A DNA stretch of 64,000 bases. It comes from Pseudomonadota bacterium. Its GTDB lineage: Bacteria > UBA10199 > 2-02-FULL-44-16 > JAAZCA01. Both the position numbers and the translations under genes were made by a program. This document shows positions 1 through 9,448 of this stretch, piece by piece (the first letter of the stretch is position 1; the number at the start of each line of letters is the position of its first letter). The notes under the pieces were generated by a model that ran no database searches, was not told the origin of the DNA, and worked only from the letters and a program-made list of their open reading frames with translations. The stretch spans positions 8,135 through 72,134 of the forward strand of contig JAFGMW010000030.1 in NCBI GenBank assembly GCA_016927275.1, given 5' to 3'.

Positions 1-59
1 TTCGTGCTCGCGCCCGCTGAGAAGAAGGCGGCCGAGTAGAGTCACCCCGGGGGAGCTCA

Positions 60-935
60 ATGCGCAGCCGGTGGATCATCCTCATCGTCATCCTCGCGGG
101 AGCGGCCGTGACGGCGTTCGCGGCCGGCATGGCGGCCTTCTGCGCGGTCGCGGGCCGCGACTCGTCGGTGTTCGGCAGCAGGGTCGGCGTGATCACTGTG
201 AAGGGGCCGATCATCTCCGCCGACGACGCGGTCAGGGACATCGCTGCGATGAAGAGGGACGACGGCGTGAAGGCGGTGGTGCTGCGCATCGAGACGCCGG
301 GCGGCTCGGTCGGCGCCTCGCAGGAGATTCTCGAGGCGGTGAGGCTGCTCGCCGAGGTCAAGCCTGTCGTCGCTTCCATGGGGTCCATCGCCGCGAGCGG
401 CGGGTACTACCTGGCCTGCGGGGCCACGAAGATACTCGCCAACCCCGGCACGATCACCGGATCGATCGGCGTGAGGATGGAGCACGTGGCCATAGGCGAT
501 CTGCTCCGGTGGGCCAAGGTGGACGTCGAGACGCTCAAGAGCGGCAGGTACAAGGACATAGGCTCCATAGACAGGCCGCTCGGCCCCGAGGAAAAGGAGA
601 TCCTGCAGGGAGTCCTCGACGAGCTGCGCGAGCAGTTCAAGGGCACGGTGGCCGCGGCCAGGAACCTCCCGATGGAGAAGGTCGACGCCCTCGCCGACGG
701 CAGGATGTTCACAGGCACGCGGGCCGTGGAGCTCGGCCTCGTCGACGGCACCGGCGGCTTCGCCGAGGCCATAAAGCTCGCGGCGGAGCTGGGCGGGATA
801 AAGGGCGAGCCGGAGCTCTCCTATCCCAAAAAGCGCGGAGGGTGGATAAAGAGGATGATGGAGGCGGCGGGGGGGGCGGCCGGCTCGCTCGCGGCATCCG
901 CCGACGATCACTGGCGGCCTGCGATGAAGATGTAG
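60..935 (+). CDS. sppA: signal peptide peptidase SppA (36K type)
   Basis: 291-aa ORF with an N-terminal TM segment followed by an SppA/ClpP-fold core (VITVKGPI..., GSIAASGGYYLA serine region, KDIGS lysine region). Confidence 0.8.
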   Translation: MRSRWIILIVILAGAAVTAFAAGMAAFCAVAGRDSSVFGSRVGVITVKGPIISADDAVRDIAAMKRDDGVKAVVLRIETPGGSVGASQEILEAVRLLAEVKPVVASMGSIAASGGYYLACGATKILANPGTITGSIGVRMEHVAIGDLLRWAKVDVETLKSGRYKDIGSIDRPLGPEEKEILQGVLDELREQFKGTVAAARNLPMEKVDALADGRMFTGTRAVELGLVDGTGGFAEAIKLAAELGGIKGEPELSYPKKRGGWIKRMMEAAGGAAGSLAASADDHWRPAMKM

Positions 936-976
936 GGGGACGATCTCAACCGAACTGCGATGAAAGGAGGACGGCC

Positions 977-1261
977 TTGAACAAGAGCGATCTGATCGAG
1001 ATGCTTTCAAAGAAGCTGCCAAACCTCGCCGCGAGGGACGTGGAGGTGATTGTCAACACCGTCTTCGACAGCATGACCGACGCCCTGGGGCGCAGCGAGC
1101 GCATCGAGATCCGCGGTTTCGGGAGTTTTGAGGTCCGCGTGCGAAAGCCCAGGATGGGCCGCAACCCAAAGACCGGACAGTCGGTCGACGTGGGCGAGAG
1201 GCACGTGCCTTTCTTCAAGGTCGGCAAGGAGCTGCGCGAGCGCGTCAACAAGGGGGCCTGA
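977..1261 (+). CDS. ihfB: integration host factor beta subunit (HU/IHF family)
   Basis: TTG start 7 nt after AAAGGAGG. The product reads LNKSDLIE...IEIRGFGSFEVRVRKPRMGRNPKTG...PFFKVGKELRERV, collinear with E. coli IHF-beta. Confidence 0.75.
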   Translation: MNKSDLIEMLSKKLPNLAARDVEVIVNTVFDSMTDALGRSERIEIRGFGSFEVRVRKPRMGRNPKTGQSVDVGERHVPFFKVGKELRERVNKGA

Positions 1262-1755
1262 TGGAACGCCTCTGGGCGCCCTGGCGCATGAAGTTCATAG
1301 AGGAGCTTCGCGACAAGGGCTCGGGCTGCATCTTCTGCGAGCTCGCAGCGCCCGGCGACGACCGCAAAAGGCTCATCCTCCACAGGGGCGAGAGCTGCTA
1401 CGCGGTCATGAACCGCTACCCCTACAACAACGGACACATGATGGTGGTGCCCTACAGGCACGAGGGCGAGCTGGGAGGCCTGGCGGCGGCGGAGCACCGG
1501 GAGATGCTCTCCGTCTGCGCGCACGCGGTGCGGATAATGCGCGACGCGATGGAGGCGGAGGGGTTCAACATAGGGCTAAACATCGGCGCGGTCGCGGGCG
1601 CCGGCGTCGCCGACCACATCCACATGCACCTCGTCCCCAGGTGGCGGGGGGACTCGAACTTCTTGCCCGTGCTGGGCGAGACGAAGTGCATGCCGGAGTA
1701 TCTCGAGGACACCTACGCCCGTCTGATCGACGGGTTCTCGGCCATCGGCCGGTGA
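1261..1755 (+). CDS. HIT family protein (Ap4A phosphorylase-like histidine triad)
   Basis: 164-aa product with a WAPWR N-terminus and the histidine triad HIHMHLVPR. Confidence 0.75.
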   Translation: MERLWAPWRMKFIEELRDKGSGCIFCELAAPGDDRKRLILHRGESCYAVMNRYPYNNGHMMVVPYRHEGELGGLAAAEHREMLSVCAHAVRIMRDAMEAEGFNIGLNIGAVAGAGVADHIHMHLVPRWRGDSNFLPVLGETKCMPEYLEDTYARLIDGFSAIGR

Positions 1756-1768
1756 AAAGGGGGGATCG

Positions 1769-2140
1769 ATGAAACGGCTGATCTTCGCGCTCGTGATGGC
1801 GGTTCTCTTCTTCACGCTCCTCAACTTCGTCTACTGCAATCTGGGCGGCGACGTCTTCGGCTACAGGGTCGTCTTCAAGTTCAGCATACCTTATATCCTG
1901 GCGGTCCAGTCGACGCCGCTGCCCATGGGCTTCGTGATCCTGGCCGCGTTCTGCACCGGCATGATCACGATCGCGCTGCTGGAGGCGCTGCCGTCGTTCT
2001 TCAAGACGCTCGAGATCCGCTCCAAGAACAAGAAGATCCGCCAGCTCGAGCGCGAGCTCTCGGTTGTGCGGCAGCTGTCCGATAAGCCCGCAGAGTTGCC
2101 CGAGGAAGAGAAAATCAAAAATCCCGGCGTGTCATCCTGA
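1769..2140 (+). CDS. LapA/DUF1049-like inner membrane protein
   Basis: Two predicted TM helices followed by a charged coiled tail (IRQLERELSVVRQL). Family assignment rests on architecture only. Confidence 0.5.
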   Translation: MKRLIFALVMAVLFFTLLNFVYCNLGGDVFGYRVVFKFSIPYILAVQSTPLPMGFVILAAFCTGMITIALLEALPSFFKTLEIRSKNKKIRQLERELSVVRQLSDKPAELPEEEKIKNPGVSS

Positions 2141-2164
2141 GGAGCGGCATGCAGGGTTTATTCA

Positions 2165-2929
2165 CTACCCCCGCATCCCCTTCACAGACCTGCGGATCTT
2201 CCTGAGCTCGGTCTTGGGCTTGCCCTCGGCCTCGGCCGCCTTCTCCGTCCTTCGGGCCTTCTCCAGGGCGCGCAGCCCCTCCGCCTTCGCCTCGACCCTC
2301 GTTGCGGGCGCGGCGGTGAAGGAGGAGGCCTGCATCGCGGCGGCAGCCGAGACCGCGTCGATCTCGGCGCGCTCCACCGCATCGTGGACCTCCTCGCCCT
2401 TGGTCTTGAGCATGTGGTTGAGAAGGATCTCGAGGTTGCGCAGCGGGGAGGGGTACTTGTCGAGCAGCTTCTTGATCCTGGTCTTGGCCGGACCCTTGAC
2501 GAGGATGAGGCCGTCGGGCCCGCGGAACTCCTCCTTCAGCTTCTCGACCGAGGCCCTGAGCTCCGCCTCGGGCAGAATGCACGAGGGCGCGATAGAGGCC
2601 TCGACAAGCTCGTCCAATCCGTCGTCCGTGTATTTGCCCTCGTTTATCATCATCGCGTCGAACGGGATGCGGATCTCGCCCCTGTAGCGCCAGCGGTCCA
2701 GCGACATGAACTGGTCGCGGGTGAGCAGGAATGTGCCGTCCGCCTGCCGCATGGGCTCGAAGATCGCCTTCCACTCCTGCATGTTGATGCGGGCGGTGTC
2801 CACGAACCCCATGGCCCAGAGCTGCTCCACGTCGAACTCGGTGTAGCGCAGGTGTCTGCCGTCGGGGCTCTTCTCGAGCGTGCTCCAGAGGTACTCCATT
2901 ACGTCGAACTGATCGAGATGCAGGGCCAT
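2165..2929 (-). CDS. hypothetical protein
   Basis: 254-aa ORF with coding-like composition. No recognisable motif. It ends in a Lys/Ala/Glu-rich tail. Confidence 0.5.
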   Translation of the reverse strand: MALHLDQFDVMEYLWSTLEKSPDGRHLRYTEFDVEQLWAMGFVDTARINMQEWKAIFEPMRQADGTFLLTRDQFMSLDRWRYRGEIRIPFDAMMINEGKYTDDGLDELVEASIAPSCILPEAELRASVEKLKEEFRGPDGLILVKGPAKTRIKKLLDKYPSPLRNLEILLNHMLKTKGEEVHDAVERAEIDAVSAAAAMQASSFTAAPATRVEAKAEGLRALEKARRTEKAAEAEGKPKTELRKIRRSVKGMRG

Positions 2930-2978
2930 ATCCGGCTCCTTAATTTCTTATTTCTGCCTGTCGGCAGGATGTCGTCGT

Positions 2979-3109
2979 GTCGTTGAACTCTGTTTCGCTA
3001 CGGCTCGTTCGCTCAGGCGCCGCTCGCTCGCCTGCGTCTCTTCGCCGCGTTCATCATAAGGCTATTGTTTCGCGGCGAATTCACACGCCGCTCAACAGAG
3101 TTCAGCGAC
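2979..3109. repeat. 16-bp inverted repeat (gtcgttgaactctgtt / aacagagttcagcgac) with about 100-nt spacer
   Basis: 15 of 16 bases complementary. Intergenic, between the three-gene operon and the 2165-2929 gene. Confidence 0.45.
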
Positions 3110-3170
3110 CCGCCGACACCAGAGGTCGATAAATTACAAAACGCATAATAAATCGGAGAGTTAGGGTTGT

Positions 3171-3204
3171 CAAAAAAGAAAAGGGGATGAGCGAGTCATC
3201 CCCT
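3171..3204 (-). terminator. intrinsic terminator of the three-gene operon
   Basis: On the - strand: GGGGATGAcucgcUCAUCCCC hairpin followed by CUUUUCUUUUUU. Confidence 0.6.
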
Positions 3205-3227
3205 GTGCGTCCGTTGATCCGATCGGC

Positions 3228-3749
3228 TCAGAAGCCGACCGGCGAGCCAAAGGAGTATTTGCCGCGGAAGAGCCGATCCACCGCCTTGGTGTCGAGCTTG
3301 CCGGTCTTCTCGCTCTTTTTCTTCTCCTCGATCCTGGCCTTCACGACCTTGAGCTGGCTCTCGGCCTTGGCCCTCTCCTCGACCGCCGCGTTGTACTGTT
3401 TCTGGCCGTCGACCTTGGCGGCGATACCCTTCTCCTGCCAGATGGCCTGATCCTTCACCATCTCCTTCTGGATTCCGGCCATCTTGTCCTGGTGATCCAG
3501 GGTGCTGATCTGCGAATCCCTCTGGGACTCCATCTGTTTCTTGCCCTGCACGTAGCCGATTATGCTCGAGCAGATCCCTGCGATCGCGGAGCCGGCGCTC
3601 ATGGCGAAGCTGCCCGCCGCTATGCCCTCCATGCCGGACAGGCCGGCATCGGCGGCCGGAGTCTCCATCGTTTCAGCGAAGACAAGGCCACTTATGTTCG
3701 CTGGGGGTTGCGGCATGCTGACCGCCAGGTTTGGATTCGCTGCTGTCAT
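3228..3749 (-). CDS. hypothetical small membrane/coiled-coil protein (operon gene 3)
   Basis: 173-aa product with a Gly/Ala-rich hydrophobic segment followed by a Q/K/E-rich predicted coiled coil. It is followed on the - strand by the hairpin and U-tract terminator at 3171-3204. Confidence 0.55.
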   Translation of the reverse strand: MTAANPNLAVSMPQPPANISGLVFAETMETPAADAGLSGMEGIAAGSFAMSAGSAIAGICSSIIGYVQGKKQMESQRDSQISTLDHQDKMAGIQKEMVKDQAIWQEKGIAAKVDGQKQYNAAVEERAKAESQLKVVKARIEEKKKSEKTGKLDTKAVDRLFRGKYSFGSPVGF

Positions 3750-3764
3750 TGGTCTCTCCCTCTC

Positions 3765-4376
3765 TCAAGCTGCTATCGCCGGGCTGCCCAGATCCCACCC
3801 CGAGCGGCTGAACGCGTCGGTCACCGAGAAGATCTTCGCGCGCTCGTTCTTGCCGCTCTCCGCAATGGCCGCGAGCCTCGCCTTGGTGTTGCCGTCGAGC
3901 TTGGCCATCTTCTCCTCGTGGCGGCACTGCTCGGTGTGCATCCTGGTCTGCGCGTCGATCGCCTTCTCCTGCACGCCGATCTGGGCGAGCGAGGCCTCCA
4001 GCTGGTACGATGCGATGTTGTCCTGGACCTCGTAGTACTTGGTCGCGATATCGACCTGGGCTTCCATGGCCTTGTTCGCAAGGCCGTAGTTGCACAGCAT
4101 GTTGGCCAGCCCGTTGAGCATGCCGCCGGCCTGGAGCCCGAACTGGCCCCACATGTAGCCCTGCATGAACTTCTCGTTCTTGGGGGCCCAGTCGATGTCG
4201 ATGTTGGGTCCGCCCTGCGGGGTCATGGGCTGGTTCGGCAGGGTCACCGGCGTGAAGGCAGGGGGCTGGGAGAGGGCCTGCTGAGGCCCGTACCCCTGCT
4301 GCTGTGCATAGCCCTGCTGCGGCGGGTAACCGGCCGGCTGGTTCGAGTTGCTGTAGAGTTGGCCTGCGCTCATCAT
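3765..4376 (-). CDS. hypothetical protein with Q/G/Y-rich N-terminus (operon gene 2)
   Basis: 203-aa product. It has an N-terminal QQGYAQQQGYGPQQ low-complexity stretch, a hydrophobic GMLNGLANML segment and a Q/E/K-rich coiled region. It sits 12 nt downstream of gene 1. Confidence 0.55.
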   Translation of the reverse strand: MMSAGQLYSNSNQPAGYPPQQGYAQQQGYGPQQALSQPPAFTPVTLPNQPMTPQGGPNIDIDWAPKNEKFMQGYMWGQFGLQAGGMLNGLANMLCNYGLANKAMEAQVDIATKYYEVQDNIASYQLEASLAQIGVQEKAIDAQTRMHTEQCRHEEKMAKLDGNTKARLAAIAESGKNERAKIFSVTDAFSRSGWDLGSPAIAA

Positions 4377-4387
4377 AATATTCTCCT

Positions 4388-4819
4388 TTATGCGTTGGTC
4401 TGGCCCTGGGACTGCGAGTTCGACTGCTCAGAGCCGCCGGCCGGCTGGGCCGGCTTTCCATAATTGTAGCCCTTCGGCTTTGATCCGGCGTCCGCCTTCA
4501 TGACCGCGATCGTTTCGTATTTGGTCTTCCTGGACCTGAACTGCTCGACCATGATCGCGCTGCCCATGGCCATGATGTTCTTCAGGTGCTTGCGCTCGTT
4601 CTGCTTGTAGGCCATGTCCTTCTGGGCCTGGAGGCGGTTCTCCGCCTTTTCCTCCGCTTCGTCCTGCTTATCGAGCATCTCGTCCTGCAGCTCTTCCGCC
4701 TGCTGCGCCTGTGAGACACCCACGCCGACGCTCACAGCGATGCTCACGGCACCTACGATAAGCCCCGCGATGAGCGTGCCGCATCCGAGAATGGCTTGAA
4801 CTCCCATGATTCCGATCAT
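4388..4819 (-). CDS. hypothetical small membrane protein (operon gene 1)
   Basis: I chose the start MIGIMGVQ because it lies 6 nt after AGGAG. The upstream ATG of the table ORF lacks an SD. The product has an N-terminal TM helix followed by a Q/E/K-rich coiled coil. Confidence 0.5.
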   Translation of the reverse strand: MIGIMGVQAILGCGTLIAGLIVGAVSIAVSVGVGVSQAQQAEELQDEMLDKQDEAEEKAENRLQAQKDMAYKQNERKHLKNIMAMGSAIMVEQFRSRKTKYETIAVMKADAGSKPKGYNYGKPAQPAGGSEQSNSQSQGQTNA

Positions 4820-4959
4820 ATTTTTCTCCTGGGGCCTTCCCCTCGTCAGTATTATCGGCAGCCCGTGGACCAAAAGTTGCGTGCGGACCGAAAAAAAACG
4901 CGACAAAAACACCTCCATTATCCTTGCCTTAGGCTGTGCCGCTATGATAGCGCACCCCT

Positions 4960-7590
4960 GTGTCCGGCCCTGACCCCAGAGATCCCGCTGCCACCCCCAT
5001 GCTCAGGCAGTACCAGCGTATAAAGTCCCTGCACCCTGACTCCATCCTCATGTTCAGGCTCGGCGATTTTTATGAAATGTTTTATAAAGACGCAGAGTTA
5101 GCTTCAAGCATATTAGGTATTACATTAACTTCCAGGAACAAAAACGCGCCTGATTCAGTGCCGTTGTGCGGGGTCCCTTATCATTCGGTGGAGCCCTATA
5201 TCGTCAAATTGCTGAAAGAAGGGCACAAAGTGGCCCTCTGCGACCAGGTCGAGGACCCGAAGGCGGCCAGGGGGATAGTGAGGCGTGAGGTCACAAGGGT
5301 ATTTACCCCGGGGGTCATAGCGGACGGCCTGGGGCTTGAGGCTGCGTGCTCCAACAACCTTGCCAGCGTCTATATAAATGATGGGGCAATAGGCCTTGCC
5401 TGCGCAGACGCCTCGACCGGCTTTTTCGAGGCCTCCATTCACAGGGGCCTGCCCGAGCTCAACCAGGAGCTGGCCAGGCTCGAGCCGAGGGAGGTCCTCG
5501 TCCCATCCACGGACGGGGGGCCCTCTGAGATAGAGGCGTCAATGGGCCGGGCCTTCCCCGATCTCTTCGTCACGAGGGTCGAGGCAGAGCGGTTCGACCC
5601 CGCCCTGATACAAGGTCTCGAGGGCGCGGCGGTACTTGCGAGGGAGATGCCCGAGGCGGCCAGGGCAGCGGGCGGGCTCATGTCGTACCTCGCCGCCACC
5701 CAGATGGGCCGCACCGGTCAGATGACGGGGGTGAGGGTTGCGGCCAGGGCAGGGGTGATGCGCATGGACGAGGAGACCAGGCGAAACCTGGAGCTCACCG
5801 AGACCATGCGGGACAGGGCCAGGGAGGGGTCTCTCCTCTGGGCGCTCGACCGCACGAAGACCGCTGGAGGCGCCCGCCTCATGAGGCGCTGGGTGCTGGC
5901 CCCCCTCACCGACGTGGCCGGGATAAACGCGCGCCTCGATTCGGTGGAGGCGATCGCAGGGTCGCCGGCCCTCATGCGCGCGCTCGGCGATGCTCTCGGC
6001 GGGGTCTACGACATCGAGCGGATCGCCAGCCGCGCCGCCTCGGGGGTCGCGGGCGTCCGCGACCTGGTGGCGCTCGCCCGCTCGCTCGATGCGGCGGCTG
6101 AAATCAGGGGGCTGCTCTTTGGCACGGAGGGGCTCCTCTCGACCCTTGCGCGCTCGATCGACGACCTCCCCGAGCTCAGGGAGAGGATTGCGCGCACGCT
6201 GGTGGATGAGCCGCCCCTCTCCGCCCGCGAGGGGGGGCTCATAAGGCAGGGCTTCTGCCCCGAGCTGGACGGGATAAGGCAGGCGGTCTCCGGGAGCAGG
6301 CAGGTGATCGCCGGGATGGAGGAGTCGGAGCGCAAATCCACGGGCATCAACTCGCTCAAGATACGGTTCAACCGCGTCTTCGGCTATTACATAGAGATCA
6401 CCAACGCGAACAGGGACAGGGTGCCCCCGCGCTACATCCGCAGGCAGACGCTGGCGAACGCGGAGCGCTTCGTCACGCCAAAGCTCAAGGAGCACGAGGA
6501 GAGGGTGCTCGGCGGCGAGGAGCGGGCCAGGGCGATGGAGTTCGAGATCTTCGCCTCGCTCCGCGAAGAGGCGGGCCGCGAGGTCGCCTCGCTCCAGCGC
6601 ACCGCCGAGGCCGCCGCGACGCTCGACGCGCTCGCCTCGTTCGCGCGCGTGGCGTCGGAATACGACTACTCGAGGCCCTCCGTGGACGACTCCCTCGCGA
6701 TCTCCATCCGGGACGGAAGGCACCCCATCGTGGAGAGGCTCTGCGCCGATCGCTTCGTGCCCAACGACGTGACGCTCAACGGCGACGACCTGAGGATGCT
6801 CATGATCACCGGCCCCAACATGGCCGGCAAGTCCACGGTGATGCGCCAGACCGCGCTGATCGCGCTCATGGCGCAGATCGGATCGTTCGTCCCCGCGCGC
6901 GGGGCGCGCATAGGGGTCGTGGACCGCATCTTCACGAGGGTCGGCGCCTCCGACGCGCTGGCGCAGGGCCGCTCGACGTTCATGGTCGAGATGTCGGAGG
7001 CGGCCGTGATACTCCGCGAGGCGGGCCCGAGGAGCCTCGTGGTCATAGACGAGATAGGCCGCGGCACCTCCACCTTCGACGGCCTGGCCATAGCGTGGGC
7101 GGTGGCGGAGGATCTGCACGACCGGGTGAAGGGGCGCACCATGTTCGCTACGCACTACCACGAGCTCACGGAGCTCGCGCTGACACGGCCCTCCATCTCG
7201 AACTTCCACGTGGCGGTGAGGGAGTGGAACGGAAAGGTCGTGTTCCTGAGGAAACTGACCCCCGGCTCGACATCTCACAGCTACGGGATACAGGTCGCCT
7301 CTCTCGCAGGGCTGCCCGACGCCGTGATATCCAGGGCTCGGGAGGTGCTCGCCAACCTCGAGGCGGGGGAGTTCGACGAGGCCGGGCGCCCCAGGATCGG
7401 CTCCTCCTCTCATGCGCAGCAGGCACAGCCCCGGGCGGCGCAGTATCGCCTCTTCACCGCCTCCGCGAAATCGGAGGTGGAGCGGATGCTCGGGGGGATA
7501 GACGCGAACTCGGTGACCCCGCTGGAGGCGCTGAACATCCTCCATGAGCTCGCCGCGAAGGTTGAAAACGGACGGGGCGATGGGCGTTGA
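4960..7590 (+). CDS. mutS: DNA mismatch repair protein MutS
   Basis: 876-aa product. The N-terminus (TPMLRQYQRIK...FRLGDFYEMFYKDAE...GVPYH) is collinear with E. coli MutS. It has the Walker A motif GPNMAGKST and a C-terminal dimerisation region. Confidence 0.9.
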   Translation: MSGPDPRDPAATPMLRQYQRIKSLHPDSILMFRLGDFYEMFYKDAELASSILGITLTSRNKNAPDSVPLCGVPYHSVEPYIVKLLKEGHKVALCDQVEDPKAARGIVRREVTRVFTPGVIADGLGLEAACSNNLASVYINDGAIGLACADASTGFFEASIHRGLPELNQELARLEPREVLVPSTDGGPSEIEASMGRAFPDLFVTRVEAERFDPALIQGLEGAAVLAREMPEAARAAGGLMSYLAATQMGRTGQMTGVRVAARAGVMRMDEETRRNLELTETMRDRAREGSLLWALDRTKTAGGARLMRRWVLAPLTDVAGINARLDSVEAIAGSPALMRALGDALGGVYDIERIASRAASGVAGVRDLVALARSLDAAAEIRGLLFGTEGLLSTLARSIDDLPELRERIARTLVDEPPLSAREGGLIRQGFCPELDGIRQAVSGSRQVIAGMEESERKSTGINSLKIRFNRVFGYYIEITNANRDRVPPRYIRRQTLANAERFVTPKLKEHEERVLGGEERARAMEFEIFASLREEAGREVASLQRTAEAAATLDALASFARVASEYDYSRPSVDDSLAISIRDGRHPIVERLCADRFVPNDVTLNGDDLRMLMITGPNMAGKSTVMRQTALIALMAQIGSFVPARGARIGVVDRIFTRVGASDALAQGRSTFMVEMSEAAVILREAGPRSLVVIDEIGRGTSTFDGLAIAWAVAEDLHDRVKGRTMFATHYHELTELALTRPSISNFHVAVREWNGKVVFLRKLTPGSTSHSYGIQVASLAGLPDAVISRAREVLANLEAGEFDEAGRPRIGSSSHAQQAQPRAAQYRLFTASAKSEVERMLGGIDANSVTPLEALNILHELAAKVENGRGDGR

Positions 7591-7624
7591 AAGCCCTGCC
7601 CCTTGGTGATAATATCCCCTGATC

Positions 7625-9448
7625 ATGAAGAGACTAGCTGCCCTGTGCTCCTTTGCCGCCATCGTTCTCGGCCCGGTCGCCGTCCATGCCGACCCCTCCG
7701 TGGCCGCCTATGAGAAGGCCAAGCCCTGCTACGCGAGGCTCACTTCCCCGGATGTGTCCGCGGCCCCTGAAAGGGAGTGGCGCGCCTGCATCTCCGCCTT
7801 CGAAGAGATCTATCGGAGCTACCCCACCGGTGGCAGGACGCCGGCGGCGCTCTTCTCCGCGGCCAAGCTCAAGGGGGCGCTCTACAGCGATAAGAGGGGC
7901 AGGGCGGACCTCGAGGGTGCGATAAAGGACTTGAACCTCCTCGTGAGGGAGTTCCCCAAAAGCCCGCTGGCCGACGACGCCCTCTATCTCATAGGGGTCA
8001 TGCGGCGGGACGACCTCAAGCAGCCCGACCGCGCGCAGAGGGCGTTCACGTTCATCATAGAGAACTACCCCGACGGGGACATGGTCTCGCAGGCGCGCGT
8101 CGCGCTGGAGAGCGGAGGCGTCAAGGCCGCGGAGGCCTCGCCCGCGTCGGCGAAGGCGGGCAAAAGTCGTTATCAGGCGGCGGGCCCCGGGGCGATGGAC
8201 TCCGCGGAGGTCTTCGCGATCGAGATGGCGGGCGCGCCGGCCGATGCCGCGGAGGCCCCGGCTTCGCCGGCCGCGCCTGCGGCGGGGGCGAGCAGGGAAC
8301 GGGCGCCGCCCCCTGCGGCCCCTAGGGCGGCGGCGACCGCGAAGGCGACCGCGTTCGACCGGGCGGCCCTCGAGGCGGTCCGCGTGACCGAGTCGAAGGG
8401 GCAGACCCTCGTGGAGCTCATCCTCGACAAGGACGTGGAGTACGCGGTCGAGTACACCGAGCGGGGTCCCAGGACCCGCTCCCCCGCGGTCCTCGATCTT
8501 TCGGTGTTTCACGCCTATGCCGCGCCGGCCGTCGAGAAGAAATCCGACGTCGGCACCCGGGAGCTCGTCTCCTACAGGATCGGCAAGATGCTGCTCTCGA
8601 GCGGGATCAAGGCATCGTTCGTCATGGCCCCCGATACGCGCTACGACATAAAGAACCGGGGCGGGGTGATCAGCGTGAGCTTCACCTCCGCGTCGGCATC
8701 ATCCCCCGCCGCGGCGCCGGCCGCAGGGCCCGGCGGCGACAGGGAGGGGGCCGCACCGTCCGGCGGTCCTTCGGCGATCAGGATAGTCGTGGATCCCGGT
8801 CACGGCGGCGACGACCAGGGCGCGGTGGGTCCAGGCGGCACCCTGGAGAAGGATGTCACTCTCGCGCTCTCCCGGAAGATCGCCGCCGCGCTGAGGAAGG
8901 AGATCGGCGCGAGGGTGTGGCTCACGAGGGACTCGGACAGGTCCATGACCCTTGAGGAGCGGCACGCCTTCGCGATCAGGAAGAGGGCCGACATCTTCAT
9001 ATCGGTGCACGCCAACGCATCGACGCACAGCTCCGCGTCCGGCGTCGAGACCTACTATCTCGACAACGCCACCGACGAGGCTGCCCGCAAACTCGCCGAC
9101 CGCGAGAACAGCTCCGCAGGCAAAAAGCTCTCACAGGTCGAGCACATCCTCTCCACGATGCTGCAGAACTACGACGCCGCCCTGTCGGCCGACCTTGCGC
9201 GCGACGTGCAGTCCAGGCTCGCCGGGCGTTTCGCCACGGTCAAGGACAGGGGCGTGCGGTCGGCCATGTTCTACGTGCTCGTGGGCGCGAAGTGCCCGGC
9301 GATCCTCGTCGAGGCCGCGTTCATATCCAACCCGCGCGAGGAGAAGCTGCTCGCGAGCGAGAAGTACCAGGGCAGGCTCGCCGAGGCCCTGGCCGCGGGA
9401 GTGTCGGAATACCTCAGGCGGAGAGAGGATCGCCTGGTGTCGCTGTGA
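7625..9448 (+). CDS. N-acetylmuramoyl-L-alanine amidase with N-terminal TPR/YbgF-like domain
   Basis: Signal peptide, TPR-like N-domain, Ala/Pro-rich linker and a C-terminal Amidase_3 domain (VVDPGHGGDDQGAVG...ISVHANAS...ETYYL). Confidence 0.8.
   Translation: MKRLAALCSFAAIVLGPVAVHADPSVAAYEKAKPCYARLTSPDVSAAPEREWRACISAFEEIYRSYPTGGRTPAALFSAAKLKGALYSDKRGRADLEGAIKDLNLLVREFPKSPLADDALYLIGVMRRDDLKQPDRAQRAFTFIIENYPDGDMVSQARVALESGGVKAAEASPASAKAGKSRYQAAGPGAMDSAEVFAIEMAGAPADAAEAPASPAAPAAGASRERAPPPAAPRAAATAKATAFDRAALEAVRVTESKGQTLVELILDKDVEYAVEYTERGPRTRSPAVLDLSVFHAYAAPAVEKKSDVGTRELVSYRIGKMLLSSGIKASFVMAPDTRYDIKNRGGVISVSFTSASASSPAAAPAAGPGGDREGAAPSGGPSAIRIVVDPGHGGDDQGAVGPGGTLEKDVTLALSRKIAAALRKEIGARVWLTRDSDRSMTLEERHAFAIRKRADIFISVHANASTHSSASGVETYYLDNATDEAARKLADRENSSAGKKLSQVEHILSTMLQNYDAALSADLARDVQSRLAGRFATVKDRGVRSAMFYVLVGAKCPAILVEAAFISNPREEKLLASEKYQGRLAEALAAGVSEYLRRREDRLVSL

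Noticed and set aside
5539-7662. Very long ORFs on the opposite strand of real genes, including 5539-7662, 9547-12102, 9561-11348, 12841-14787, 28271-30058, 29556-31034, 43789-44922, 53147-54799, 53551-55020 and 60109-62670.
   Set aside because: High GC makes stop codons rare in non-coding frames. Each is fully antisense to, or frame-shifted within, a gene with clear conserved motifs. Their products are Arg/Gly/Pro/Ala-rich low-complexity translations.
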